23,128 nucleotides of DNA, from assembly GCF_029263785.1 (NCBI RefSeq), contig NZ_JAJUFE010000038.1, positions 1 through 23,128 on the forward strand, in the 5' to 3' direction. Under the pieces are notes generated by a model. It was not told the origin of the DNA. It saw only the letters and a program-made list of their open reading frames with translations, and made no database searches. Positions 15,148 through 23,128 of this stretch are shown one piece after another. Positions within the stretch are counted from its first letter, which is position 1, and each line of letters starts with the position of its first letter. The stretch is from Pusillimonas sp. (ex Stolz et al. 2005). GTDB taxonomy: Bacteria > Pseudomonadota > Gammaproteobacteria > Burkholderiales > Burkholderiaceae_B. The position numbers and the translations under genes are program-made.

Positions 15148-16542
15148 TTAGTGGCGGGTCATCTCGATTGGCACAATCCACTTGTCATATTGTTCGGCCG
15201 TGACATGGCCCAGCGCCAACGCCGCTTCGCGCAATGTTGTGCCCTCTTGTTGCGCCTTCTTGGCAATGGCGGCGGCCTTGTCATAGCCGATGTGCCGATT
15301 CAGCGCAGTGACCAGCATCAGGTTCTTTTGCAGATTGGCCTCGATGATCTCGAGATTGGGCTCGATCCCGGCTGCGCAATGGTCGTTGAAGGCGCGACTG
15401 GCATCGGCCAGCAAAGAGATGCTTTCCAGCACGTTGTGAACCATGACGGGCTTATAGACATTGAGCTGGAAATTGCCTTGGGTGGCGGCAAACGCAACCG
15501 CCGCATCGTTACCGAATACCTGGGCGCAGACCATGGTCATTGCCTCGCATTGCGTGGGATTGACTTTGCCCGGCATGATTGACGAGCCGGGTTCGTTATC
15601 AGGAATGATCAACTCGCCGATGCCGCAGCGCGGGCCGCTTGCCAGCCATCGCACGTCGTTGGCCATCTTGAACAGGGCACCGGCGAGCAATCGCAGAGCA
15701 GCAGACAGGTTGGCCAAGGCATCATGTGCCGACAAGGCAAAGAACTTGTTTTCGGCAGACTTGAAAGGCAAACCGGTGATCTGCGCGATGCGTGCGGCGG
15801 CAGTTTCGCCAAAACGCGGATGGGCATTGAGCCCGGTACCGACAGCTGTGCCACCAATGGCCAGATCATAGATGCCCGGCAAGGCCGCTTCCACTGCTTG
15901 CAGTCCAAAGGCTATCTGGGCAACCCAACCACCGATTTCCTGTCCCAGCGTGATTGGAGTGGCGTCTTGCAGATGGGTGCGCCCGGTTTTGACGACCTGA
16001 TCGTATTCGTGTGCCTTGTCGGCCAAAGTGGACTGCAATTGACGCAGCGCCGGAAAAAAATCCCTTTCCAGCTCTTGGGCGACCGCGATATGCATGGCGG
16101 TGGGAAATGTGTCGTTCGAGGATTGACCGCGATTGACATGATCATTGGGGTGGACGGGGCTTTTGCTTCCCATGGTGCCGCCCGCCAGTTCTATGGCCCG
16201 GTTCGAGATCACCTCGTTCGCATTCATGTTCGACTGAGTGCCCGACCCCGTCTGGAACACGACGAGGGGGAATTCCGCATCGAGCTTGCCAGAAATGACT
16301 TCGTCGGCTGCCCGTACGATCAGGTCGGCGATATCCTTTGGCAGCTCACCCAGCTCGGCATTGGCTTCCGCGGCAGCTCGCTTGAGGATGCCGAGGGCGC
16401 GAATGATGGAGGCCTGCCATTTGAACCGCGAAACTCCGATAGGAAAGTTATGAATGGACCGCTGTGTCTGTGCCCCCCAGTACCGGTCGGCGGGAACTTC
16501 GATCTCACCCATGGAATCGGTTTCAATGCGCGTCTTGGCCAT
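15148..16542 (-). CDS. fumC: Class II fumarate hydratase
   Basis: Starting at ATG 16542 (RBS AGGAG) the product reads [29 protein letters not shown]. The fumarate lyase signature [16 protein letters not shown] is present. The product is 464 aa. The 63 upstream codons of the track ORF are not protein-like. Confidence 0.97.
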   Translation of the reverse strand: MAKTRIETDSMGEIEVPADRYWGAQTQRSIHNFPIGVSRFKWQASIIRALGILKRAAAEANAELGELPKDIADLIVRAADEVISGKLDAEFPLVVFQTGSGTQSNMNANEVISNRAIELAGGTMGSKSPVHPNDHVNRGQSSNDTFPTAMHIAVAQELERDFFPALRQLQSTLADKAHEYDQVVKTGRTHLQDATPITLGQEIGGWVAQIAFGLQAVEAALPGIYDLAIGGTAVGTGLNAHPRFGETAAARIAQITGLPFKSAENKFFALSAHDALANLSAALRLLAGALFKMANDVRWLASGPRCGIGELIIPDNEPGSSIMPGKVNPTQCEAMTMVCAQVFGNDAAVAFAATQGNFQLNVYKPVMVHNVLESISLLADASRAFNDHCAAGIEPNLEIIEANLQKNLMLVTALNRHIGYDKAAAIAKKAQQEGTTLREAALALGHVTAEQYDKWIVPIEMTRH

Positions 16543-16618
16543 AACTGTGAGCTCCTGTGTGATGCCTGTGGGAACCGGCCTTTTCCGGTTTAGCCCGGGA
16601 TAGACCGGCGTCTTGGAA

Positions 16619-17695
16619 CTATACGCTTTCGCTCTCGTGCCTGCGGGACGTCGGGGCGATGTGAGGCTTGGCCAGCAGGTCGCTCCAGATGTTGGCGACA
16701 TCGAGCAGGCGATTGGCAAAGCCCCACTCATTATCGAACCAAACTAGCGTGTTTGCCATGCGGCGTCCACATAGCCTGGTCTGACTGCCGTCGATAATTG
16801 CCGAGTGCGGGTCATGATTGAAATCTATCGATGCGTGTGGCTGGTCTGAGTATGCGATGTACTCAGGTGCATGCTCTGCAGCGTTTCGCATGAGTGCATT
16901 GATGTCTTCCGCCCGTACGTCATCGCGGGTCTGAAACATGAGATCGATGGCGGACACGTTGAGCGTCGGCACCCGGATAGCCTTGGCCTGAATGCGCCCC
17001 GCAAGCTCTGGCAGCAGGCGCTCTACGCCTTTTGCCAGGCCCGTGGCAACGGGTACAAAAGACTGCATGGCAGAGCGGGTACGACGCAGGTCGGAGTGGT
17101 GGTAGCCGTCAATGAGTGGCTGGTCGTTCATGACGGAATGCAAGGTGGTCAGGAAAGCCTGTTCTACCCCGAAAGCCTGGTGCAACAAGTCGAGTACCGG
17201 CACGATGGCATTCGTCGTGCACGAAGCGTTCGAAACCAGGCGCTCTGTGCCCGTGAGGTTCTGGTGATTGATCCCATAGACCACAGTGGCGTCCACATCT
17301 GCTGCGCTGGCACCTGGATGTGAAAGCAGCAATCGCGGCACGCCCGCACTGATGAAGCGCTGCAGCTGTTCACGGGTGCCATACTGCCCCGAGCATTCTA
17401 TGAGCAGGTCGATGCCCAGCCCCTGCCAGTCGACCTCTTCGGGAGTGCCGGCGTGAGTGACGGCAATGTCATGCCCGTCGACCCGCAGACAGTTTTCGCC
17501 CTGCTCCACCTTGCCATGAAATACCCCATGAGTAGAGTCGAAGCGTGTCAGATAGGCCATGGTATCCAGATCCGCCGGTTCATTGATTGCGACGATGCGG
17601 AATCGGTCTTTGGATGGCGATTCGTAAAGGGCGCGCAAGAAACAACGCCCAATGCGGCCATATCCGTTTATAGCCAGGCGAATCTGAGTGTTCAT
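16619..17695 (-). CDS. epd: Erythrose-4-phosphate dehydrogenase-like member of the GAPDH family
   Basis: Starting at ATG 17695 the product reads [26 protein letters not shown]. The catalytic motif SNASCTTN is present. Epd-type blocks include [49 protein letters not shown] and [16 protein letters not shown]. These track E. coli Epd, as I recall it, better than GapA. Confidence 0.8.
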   Translation of the reverse strand: MNTQIRLAINGYGRIGRCFLRALYESPSKDRFRIVAINEPADLDTMAYLTRFDSTHGVFHGKVEQGENCLRVDGHDIAVTHAGTPEEVDWQGLGIDLLIECSGQYGTREQLQRFISAGVPRLLLSHPGASAADVDATVVYGINHQNLTGTERLVSNASCTTNAIVPVLDLLHQAFGVEQAFLTTLHSVMNDQPLIDGYHHSDLRRTRSAMQSFVPVATGLAKGVERLLPELAGRIQAKAIRVPTLNVSAIDLMFQTRDDVRAEDINALMRNAAEHAPEYIAYSDQPHASIDFNHDPHSAIIDGSQTRLCGRRMANTLVWFDNEWGFANRLLDVANIWSDLLAKPHIAPTSRRHESESV

Positions 17696-17709
17696 GTGTA
17701 AATCCAACT

Positions 17710-18480
17710 TCAAAAGGTAATAGAAAAACCGCCGTCCACAACCAGTATATGACCATTGACATAGGAGGCTGATGGCGAGGCCAGAAACACGGCGGCTCCC
17801 GTTATTTCGGAGGGGTCGGCCCAGCGCTCGAGCGGGTTTCTCCCTAGAACCCTCGGCCCCTGGACAGGGTCTTTTGCCAGCCGGTCATTGCTTTCTGTAG
17901 CGAAGGTGCCGGGTGCGATGCCGTTGCTGGTAATACCGCTGGGCCCATATTCCACTGCCAGTGCCTTGACCAGGCCGGCCAAGCCATGTTTTGCGACCGC
18001 ATAGACGGCATCGCCGGGCCGGGCAATACGGTCTGCGATAGACGTCATGCTGATGATTCGGCCGGCAATGCCTGAGGCTCGCATTGCCGCTGCCACGAGC
18101 TTGGACAAGTGCATGGCGGAAACAAGGTTGATGTGAATCAATGACTGGATCTGCTCCAGAGAGGAGTCATTCAGCGACTTTCGAAGGCGGATGCCGACGT
18201 TGTTGACCAGGATATCCGGCGGGCCGGCCTCCTGGCACAACTGTTCGATGGCTGACGCCTGAGCATCCAGGTCGCCGACGTCGTAAACCAATGCGCTTGC
18301 CTGCCCTCCCAACCGTGCTATGAGTTCGACGGCCTGATTGACCCGGTCGCCTGAACGACCGTTCAGCAGGACCTTTGCGCCGCTGGCTGCATAAGCCTTG
18401 GCAATTTCGAATCCCAGACCGCCGGTGGAACCGGTGATCAACGCGGTTTTGCCGGCTAAAGAGAAATCAGGTGCGTGCAT
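17710..18480 (-). CDS. Short-chain dehydrogenase/reductase (classical SDR, gluconate-5-dehydrogenase/FabG-like)
   Basis: The cofactor-binding motif is GKTALITGSTGGLGFEIA and the NNAG variant is LVNNVG. The catalytic residues are MTSIA...YAVAKHG (Ser, then Tyr-x3-Lys). The C-terminus reads YVNGHILVVDGG. Confidence 0.88.
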   Translation of the reverse strand: MHAPDFSLAGKTALITGSTGGLGFEIAKAYAASGAKVLLNGRSGDRVNQAVELIARLGGQASALVYDVGDLDAQASAIEQLCQEAGPPDILVNNVGIRLRKSLNDSSLEQIQSLIHINLVSAMHLSKLVAAAMRASGIAGRIISMTSIADRIARPGDAVYAVAKHGLAGLVKALAVEYGPSGITSNGIAPGTFATESNDRLAKDPVQGPRVLGRNPLERWADPSEITGAAVFLASPSASYVNGHILVVDGGFSITF

Positions 18481-18544
18481 GAGCTGGATGACTGTAATCA
18501 GACAAGGGGAAACATAGGCAGAGTGGCCTCAAGTCGATATAGTA

Positions 18545-20518
18545 ATGGCTCCGCACATTCAAGGTCACTTCATGCTCACCTGGCTTAAGCCTCCTGTAAT
18601 TCGCACGGGTCTCATTTCTCAAGACGTGGCGGCTTCGCCCGTACCGCCTGTCTATCCGATTGAAACTTTCTTCAGGAACCCCTCCCGAGGCTATTTCAGG
18701 TTGTCAGACGACGGCTCGATGCTGGGTTTCATGGAACCTGTTGTTATCGACAATCAGCCTGAGCGCATGAACATTTTTGTACAGCCGCTTGACGGTTGCC
18801 GGCCAGTAGGCGAAGCGTGCCGCATTACCTCAGAGGTACAGCGGGATATCAGCGCTTATTTCTGGAAAGGCGCGCATACCGTCATCTATGAAAAGGATTT
18901 CAACGGAGATGAAAACTTTCACGTGCTGGCGGTTGACATCAACAGCGGCGCGGTTGTAGACCTTACGCCCTTCGATGGAGTTCGCGCCGGCATCGAGGAC
19001 GACCTGGAAGACGATCCCGAACACATGCTTATCAGTCACAATGGCCGGCACGCCGAAGTATTTGATGTTTACCGTACCAATATTAAGACTGGTGAGTCGG
19101 TGTTGGTGGCGGAGAACCCCGGCAATGTCATCGGCTGGCAGACGGATCACTCCGGGCGCGTTCGTCTGGCCGTAGCCAGCGATGGCCTGGATACAACCTT
19201 GCTGTATCGGGGCAGCGACCACGGAGATTTTCGACCGCTGATCCAGACCGATTTCCGCACGACAGTCTTGCCGCAGTTCTTTGATTTTGACGACAACGCT
19301 TTCTTCGCCCTCAGCAATCGCGGTCGGGACAGACTTGCTCTCGTGCGTATCGATCCGGCGCAGCCCGACAAAGAAGAACTTATCTACGAACACCCACAGG
19401 TCGACCTTGACGGCGTCGGGTACTCGAAATTGCGCAAAGTGTTGACCATGGCGGTGTACCAAACCGACAGACCGGGTCATCACTTTTTTGATGCGTTAAG
19501 CCAAGAGCGGCATGCGCGGCTTCAGGCGCATCTGCCGGGTTACGAAATTGCTTATCAGAGCAGCACCCAAGACGAAACCAAGTTCATCGTGGCCGCATAT
19601 AGCGACCGCACACCGGGTAGCCGGTATATCTATGACGCGCATCACGACGCCATCCATAAGCTGGCTGACATCAACCCTGATCTGCCCGAAGAGCACATGG
19701 CGATTGTCCGGCCTATTGAATATCAGTCGCGCGACGGACTTACCATTCATGGGTACCTGACGTTACCCCTGGGACGTGAGCCCCGTCTGCTACCTTGCGT
19801 AATCAATCCTCACGGTGGCCCCTGGGCACGTGACAGCTGGGGATTCAACCCGGAGGCACAGTTTTTGGCGAATCGCGGCTATGCGGTGTTGCAGATGAAT
19901 TTCCGTGGATCCACAGGTTACGGAAGGCAGTTCTGGGAACGCAGTTTCGGGCAATGGGGTCTGGAAATGCAAAATGACATCACGGATGGCGTTGAATGGC
20001 TGATTGACCAGGGCATTGCAGACCCGGCGCGTATTGCCATTTATGGAGGCAGCTACGGCGGTTATGCCACCTTGGCAGGTATCACCTACACACCCGAACT
20101 TTATGCTGCCGCCATTGATTACGTCGGTGTGTCCAACCTGCTGACCTTTCTTAATACCATACCGCCCTACTGGAAGCCGATGCTCGAGAAAATGTATCAA
20201 ATGGTCGGGCATCCCGAGAAGGACAGGCAGCGGCTGGAAGCCACGTCTCCGGCCCTTAACGCCCATCATATCCAGACGCCGCTATTGATAGCACAAGGTG
20301 CGCATGATCCCCGCGTCAACAAGGACGAGAGCGACCAGATGGTGGCAGCGTTGCGGGCGCGTGGGATCGATGTCGACTACATCGTCAAGGACAATGAGGG
20401 GCACGGATTTCATAACGACGAGAACAAGTTTGAGTTTTATCACCGTATGGCGAGCTTCCTGGATACCCATCTTGGGCGCACCGGGAATCCCGCCCAGACC
20501 ACAAGGAGAAATAAGTGA
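18545..20518 (+). CDS. S9-family serine peptidase (prolyl oligopeptidase / dipeptidyl aminopeptidase-like), apparently cytoplasmic
   Basis: A beta-propeller-like N-terminal half is followed by an alpha/beta-hydrolase domain. That domain contains INPHGGPWARD, the nucleophile elbow IYGGSYGGYA, LIAQGAHDPRV (Asp) and DNEGHGF (His). No signal peptide is evident. ATG 18572 is an alternative start. Confidence 0.88.
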   Translation: MAPHIQGHFMLTWLKPPVIRTGLISQDVAASPVPPVYPIETFFRNPSRGYFRLSDDGSMLGFMEPVVIDNQPERMNIFVQPLDGCRPVGEACRITSEVQRDISAYFWKGAHTVIYEKDFNGDENFHVLAVDINSGAVVDLTPFDGVRAGIEDDLEDDPEHMLISHNGRHAEVFDVYRTNIKTGESVLVAENPGNVIGWQTDHSGRVRLAVASDGLDTTLLYRGSDHGDFRPLIQTDFRTTVLPQFFDFDDNAFFALSNRGRDRLALVRIDPAQPDKEELIYEHPQVDLDGVGYSKLRKVLTMAVYQTDRPGHHFFDALSQERHARLQAHLPGYEIAYQSSTQDETKFIVAAYSDRTPGSRYIYDAHHDAIHKLADINPDLPEEHMAIVRPIEYQSRDGLTIHGYLTLPLGREPRLLPCVINPHGGPWARDSWGFNPEAQFLANRGYAVLQMNFRGSTGYGRQFWERSFGQWGLEMQNDITDGVEWLIDQGIADPARIAIYGGSYGGYATLAGITYTPELYAAAIDYVGVSNLLTFLNTIPPYWKPMLEKMYQMVGHPEKDRQRLEATSPALNAHHIQTPLLIAQGAHDPRVNKDESDQMVAALRARGIDVDYIVKDNEGHGFHNDENKFEFYHRMASFLDTHLGRTGNPAQTTRRNK

Positions 20519-21123
20519 AACTGTACTACCTTAAGGGCGCCTGCCCTTTGGTGACTCAAATCGTCCTGGAATGGATGGGACTGCCTTACGAGGCCGAGTC
20601 CGTCGAACGCGACGCGTTGAAGAATCCGGAGTTTCTTGCGCTCAACCCAGTGGGGTCTGTGCCGGTCCTGATCGACGGCGATCTGGTACTGACACAGACC
20701 GTCGCAATTCTTGAGTACCTGACCGAATTGCACCCGGACGCCGGTTTGCATGGCGCCGATATTGTCGAGCGAACAGAAGTGCGACGTTGGCTTAATTTTG
20801 CCAACTCCGACCTGCATCGGACCTTCTCGATATTGTTCGGTGCACAAACGTACAGCGACGACCCCGCAATACAGAAGGTACTTATCGACAAGACAGCAGA
20901 GCGCCTGCGCTTCCTTTACGGCGTCATCGACAAACAGCTCGAAGGCAAGGACTGGATGACCGGCCGTCGCTCGATCGCCGATTCTTATGTGTATGTCACG
21001 GGCCTGTGGGCCAGAGTCAAGGAGCTGGACCTTTCAAACCTGCAGAACCTCCAGCGCTTCATGCAGCGTCTGGATGCCGACCCAGGTGTTCAGGCAGCGC
21101 TGAAAAAGCAGGGTCTGATTTAA
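20515..21123 (+). CDS. Glutathione S-transferase (beta-class-like, Cys10 type)
   Basis: The N-terminus MKLYYLKGACPLVTQIVLEW resembles the bacterial beta-class N-terminus with its active-site Cys. The block NPVGSVPVLIDGDLVLTQTVAILEYL is also present. The GTG start at 20515 overlaps the peptidase stop (GTGA). AAGGAGAA lies 4 nt upstream. Confidence 0.88.
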   Translation: MKLYYLKGACPLVTQIVLEWMGLPYEAESVERDALKNPEFLALNPVGSVPVLIDGDLVLTQTVAILEYLTELHPDAGLHGADIVERTEVRRWLNFANSDLHRTFSILFGAQTYSDDPAIQKVLIDKTAERLRFLYGVIDKQLEGKDWMTGRRSIADSYVYVTGLWARVKELDLSNLQNLQRFMQRLDADPGVQAALKKQGLI

Positions 21124-21149
21124 ACCGGCCCTGTCATTGCCCTGTTATG

Positions 21150-21179
21150 AAAAATGCCGGCACTTGCCGGCATTTTTTT
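21150..21179. terminator. Bidirectional rho-independent terminator between the convergent GST and proC genes
   Basis: AAAAATGCCGG (21150..21160) pairs with CCGGCATTTTT (21167..21177) around the loop CACTTG. The A-run on one side and T-run on the other give a U-tract on both strands. Confidence 0.8.
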
Positions 21180-21247
21180 AAGGGTAGCCATATCTGGCAA
21201 CTGGTGCACCAGGTTTTGCAAAGATGAACTACCCCCAACTGCGGGGT

Positions 21248-22078
21248 TTACTTTGCAAAGTCGGATGCCAGTTCGCCGGCACGATCAAACGCCGCACGCA
21301 TGGCCGCCTGAACGGTCTGTTCAAAGCCTTGTGATTCAAATACCGCCAGGGCCGCTGCGGTGGTACCACCTTTTGAAGTGACCCGTTCACGCAAGGCAGC
21401 TGGTGTTTCGGGTGACAGTGCGGCCAGTTCGGTGGCTCCGCGAAGCGTTGCCAGTGCCAGCTTGCGTGCGTGTTCGGCGCTGAGCCCCAGTTCGAGCCCG
21501 CCCTTGATCATGGCTTCGAGAAACAGGAACACGTAGGCCGGCCCGCTTCCGGACAACGCCGTAACGGCATCCAGCTGTGTGTCGTTTTCTACCCAGACAT
21601 ACTCGCCAACGGACTTGAACAGCAACTGGGCCACAGCCTTATCGTCGTCGGAAACGCCGTCAAGAGCGAGCAGCCCCGAGGCCCCCGCACCGATCAGCGC
21701 CGGCGTGTTGGGCATGCAGCGAACCAGCCTGGTCCAGGGTGTGCCGCTGCCCAGCCAGCCCGCCAGGGTGCTGCTTTCGATACCCGCGGCGATGCTGATT
21801 ACCAGGGTATCGGGACGCAGGAAGGGTTTGCATTGGGCGACGGTTTCCTTCATGACTTGCGGCTTGACCGCAAAGATCCAGACGCGCCGCGTAGACAGAG
21901 TTTCATCGGCAGCCGACGCAGTACTGACGCCCTGTTCGCGCCAACGCGATAGTGCCTGTTCGTCGATGTCGACGACATGCACATCGGAAGCGCCGCAGCG
22001 CTTGCCGATAAGGCCCGAAGCCAGGGCGGAGGCCATATTGCCACCGCCGATGAACGCCATGGTAAGTTCGTGATTCAT
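21248..22078 (-). CDS. proC: Pyrroline-5-carboxylate reductase
   Basis: The N-terminus MAFIGGGNMASALASGL is the NAD(P) fold. Other matching blocks are IFAVKPQVMKE, RCMPNTPALIGAGASG, LSGSGPAYVFLFLEAM and VTSKGGTTAAAL. ATG 22060 is an alternative start. Confidence 0.93.
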   Translation of the reverse strand: MNHELTMAFIGGGNMASALASGLIGKRCGASDVHVVDIDEQALSRWREQGVSTASAADETLSTRRVWIFAVKPQVMKETVAQCKPFLRPDTLVISIAAGIESSTLAGWLGSGTPWTRLVRCMPNTPALIGAGASGLLALDGVSDDDKAVAQLLFKSVGEYVWVENDTQLDAVTALSGSGPAYVFLFLEAMIKGGLELGLSAEHARKLALATLRGATELAALSPETPAALRERVTSKGGTTAAALAVFESQGFEQTVQAAMRAAFDRAGELASDFAK

Positions 22079-22102
22079 GTATGGGAACAGGTTAGGAAGC
22101 GT

Positions 22103-22615
22103 CTATTGCAATAGACTGCGCAGCATCCAGGCGTTCTTTTCGTGGATGTCGAGACGACGTGTAAGCAGATCGACGGTTGGAGCATCTTTTGCTTCTTCAG
22201 CGCGTTCGAGCGCTGCTCGTGCCGTTTTGGCCACGGCTTCGTTTCCCTTGACCAGGAAACGCACCATATCGTTGGCTTCCGGCACGTCGGTTGGAGCCGT
22301 GATGGACGCAAGTTTTCCGTATTGGGCATAGGTGCCCGGTGCGTAATGGCCCAGTGCCCTGATCCGCTCGGCAATTTCATCCAGAGCCTGCCACTGCTCG
22401 GTGTACTGCGTCATGAACATGTCGTGCAGCGTATTGAAGAGCGGCCCGGTTACGTTCCAGTGAAAGTTATGAGTGGTCAGATAAAGCGTATATGAGTCGG
22501 CAAGCATTTTTGAAAGCTCGTGCGCGACTGCCTCACGATCTTTGGCGCTGATCCCGATATCGATCGCGATGCCTTTCTCGGTTTTACTGGAGGACTTGCT
22601 TGATGCCTTGGCCAT
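22103..22615 (-). CDS. dps: Dps-family DNA-binding ferritin-like protein
   Basis: A Lys/Ser-rich N-terminal tail ([15 protein letters not shown]) is followed by [36 protein letters not shown] and [11 protein letters not shown] (ferroxidase-site His/Asp/Glu pattern). RBS GGAGA. Confidence 0.93.
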   Translation of the reverse strand: MAKASSKSSSKTEKGIAIDIGISAKDREAVAHELSKMLADSYTLYLTTHNFHWNVTGPLFNTLHDMFMTQYTEQWQALDEIAERIRALGHYAPGTYAQYGKLASITAPTDVPEANDMVRFLVKGNEAVAKTARAALERAEEAKDAPTVDLLTRRLDIHEKNAWMLRSLLQ

Positions 22616-22648
22616 TTTTGCATCTCCGTTTGGGTGAGGAAAGTCGGG

Positions 22649-23128
22649 TTAGCATACCATGTCGGTGGGCTCTTCCAGATACTGGACGCCGTCCAGTTTT
22701 GTGCGATGTATGGCCTTTATCAAGGCCTGTATTGCGGTCGGCCTCGGGAAGCTTTTTCTCCAGGCCAGAACAACTCGCCGGTCAGGTACAGGCTCTTTGA
22801 ATGGAATATAAGTAAGTAGATCGTTCTTGGGAACGCCCGAGCCTACAGCGCTGGCAGGAAGCACGGTAATGCCGACCCCGGCCGCCACCATATGGCGGAT
22901 CGTTTCCAGCGACGAGCCTTCGAAGGTCCGTTGTATCCCTTCACTTGAAGCTGAAAATCGCGAAAGCTCGGGGCAGACTTCGAGCACCTGGTCCCGGAAA
23001 CAATGGCCGGCACCCAGCAGCAACATGGTTTCTTCCTTCAGCGCGTCGGAGCTTATCTGCTTATGATCCGCCCATGGGTGTCCCTTTGGCACGGCCACTA
23101 CAAAGGGTTCGTCGTAAAGCGGCTGAAC
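22649..23128 (-). CDS. oxyR: LysR-family peroxide sensor OxyR, C-terminal 159 codons; the N-terminus lies beyond the right edge
   Basis: The frame stays open to the window edge: VQPLYDEPFVVAVPKGHPWADH...LLLGAGHCFRDQVLEVCPELS...SSLETIRHMVAAGVGITVLPASAV. The GHCxRDQ...C spacing matches the Cys199/Cys208 redox pair of E. coli OxyR as I recall it. The gene lies directly upstream of dps. Confidence 0.85.
   Translation of the reverse strand, partial: VQPLYDEPFVVAVPKGHPWADHKQISSDALKEETMLLLGAGHCFRDQVLEVCPELSRFSASSEGIQRTFEGSSLETIRHMVAAGVGITVLPASAVGSGVPKNDLLTYIPFKEPVPDRRVVLAWRKSFPRPTAIQALIKAIHRTKLDGVQYLEEPTDMVC

Noticed and set aside
21201-21260. A perfect 12-bp palindrome, CTGGTGCACCAG (21201..21212), and two copies of TTTGCAAAG (21215..21223 and 21252..21260) between the terminator and the proC 3' end.
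   Set aside because: A 9-mer recurring within about 40 bp is expected a few times by chance in a window of this size. One copy is simply the last proC codons (FAK*). The palindrome lies downstream of two convergent genes, where no regulatory role is evident.
1-23128. A whole-window scan for tRNA/rRNA-like sequence, CRISPR-like spaced repeats, IS terminal inverted repeats, integrase/transposase/phage ORFs and abrupt composition shifts.
   Set aside because: None was seen. Composition is uniform except for short AT-richer promoter gaps at 5640..5835 and 7960..8089. This was a visual scan only; tRNAscan, Infernal or ISfinder-type searches would be needed for certainty.

Overview
This looks like ordinary core chromosome of a moderately GC-rich betaproteobacterium. 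An Alcaligenaceae-like origin is my guess, from an azurin ending ...[16 protein letters not shown] and the general gene set. I support 26 protein-coding genes, two of them cut by the window edges.

I found no rRNA, tRNA, CRISPR array, IS element, integrase, phage gene or recognisable defence gene.

Gene order, left to right:
- a Cys-type sulfatase lipoprotein (minus strand, TTG start, absent from the ORF track)
- a membrane cluster: HemJ-like protein, DUF2231 protein, CuA subunit II, an 823-aa heme-copper oxidase subunit I/III fusion, and an unknown 3-TM protein
- an orphan LivK-type binding protein
- azurin
- a 410-bp non-coding gap
- acetoacetyl-CoA synthetase, a MarR regulator and a universal stress protein
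- a long minus-strand run: SDR, Epd-like dehydrogenase, fumC, DUF488/YeaO, NfeD, SPFH/stomatin, PQQ sugar dehydrogenase
- an S9 peptidase translationally coupled to a beta-class GST
- a tight minus-strand oxyR-dps-proC array

The best candidate for something unusual is the oxidase cluster. Subunit I keeps every heme and copper ligand and the His-Tyr motif. By a gap-free eye alignment it lacks the K-channel lysine and all the D-channel asparagines. It is also flanked by uncharacterised membrane proteins and a nearby azurin.

The remaining findings are modest: a decayed ORF in the azurin/aacS gap, a candidate operator, unusual gene couplings and a convergent gene overlap. No homology search or alignment could be run. 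All family calls rest on motifs I recognise in the translations, and canonical reference sequences are quoted from memory.
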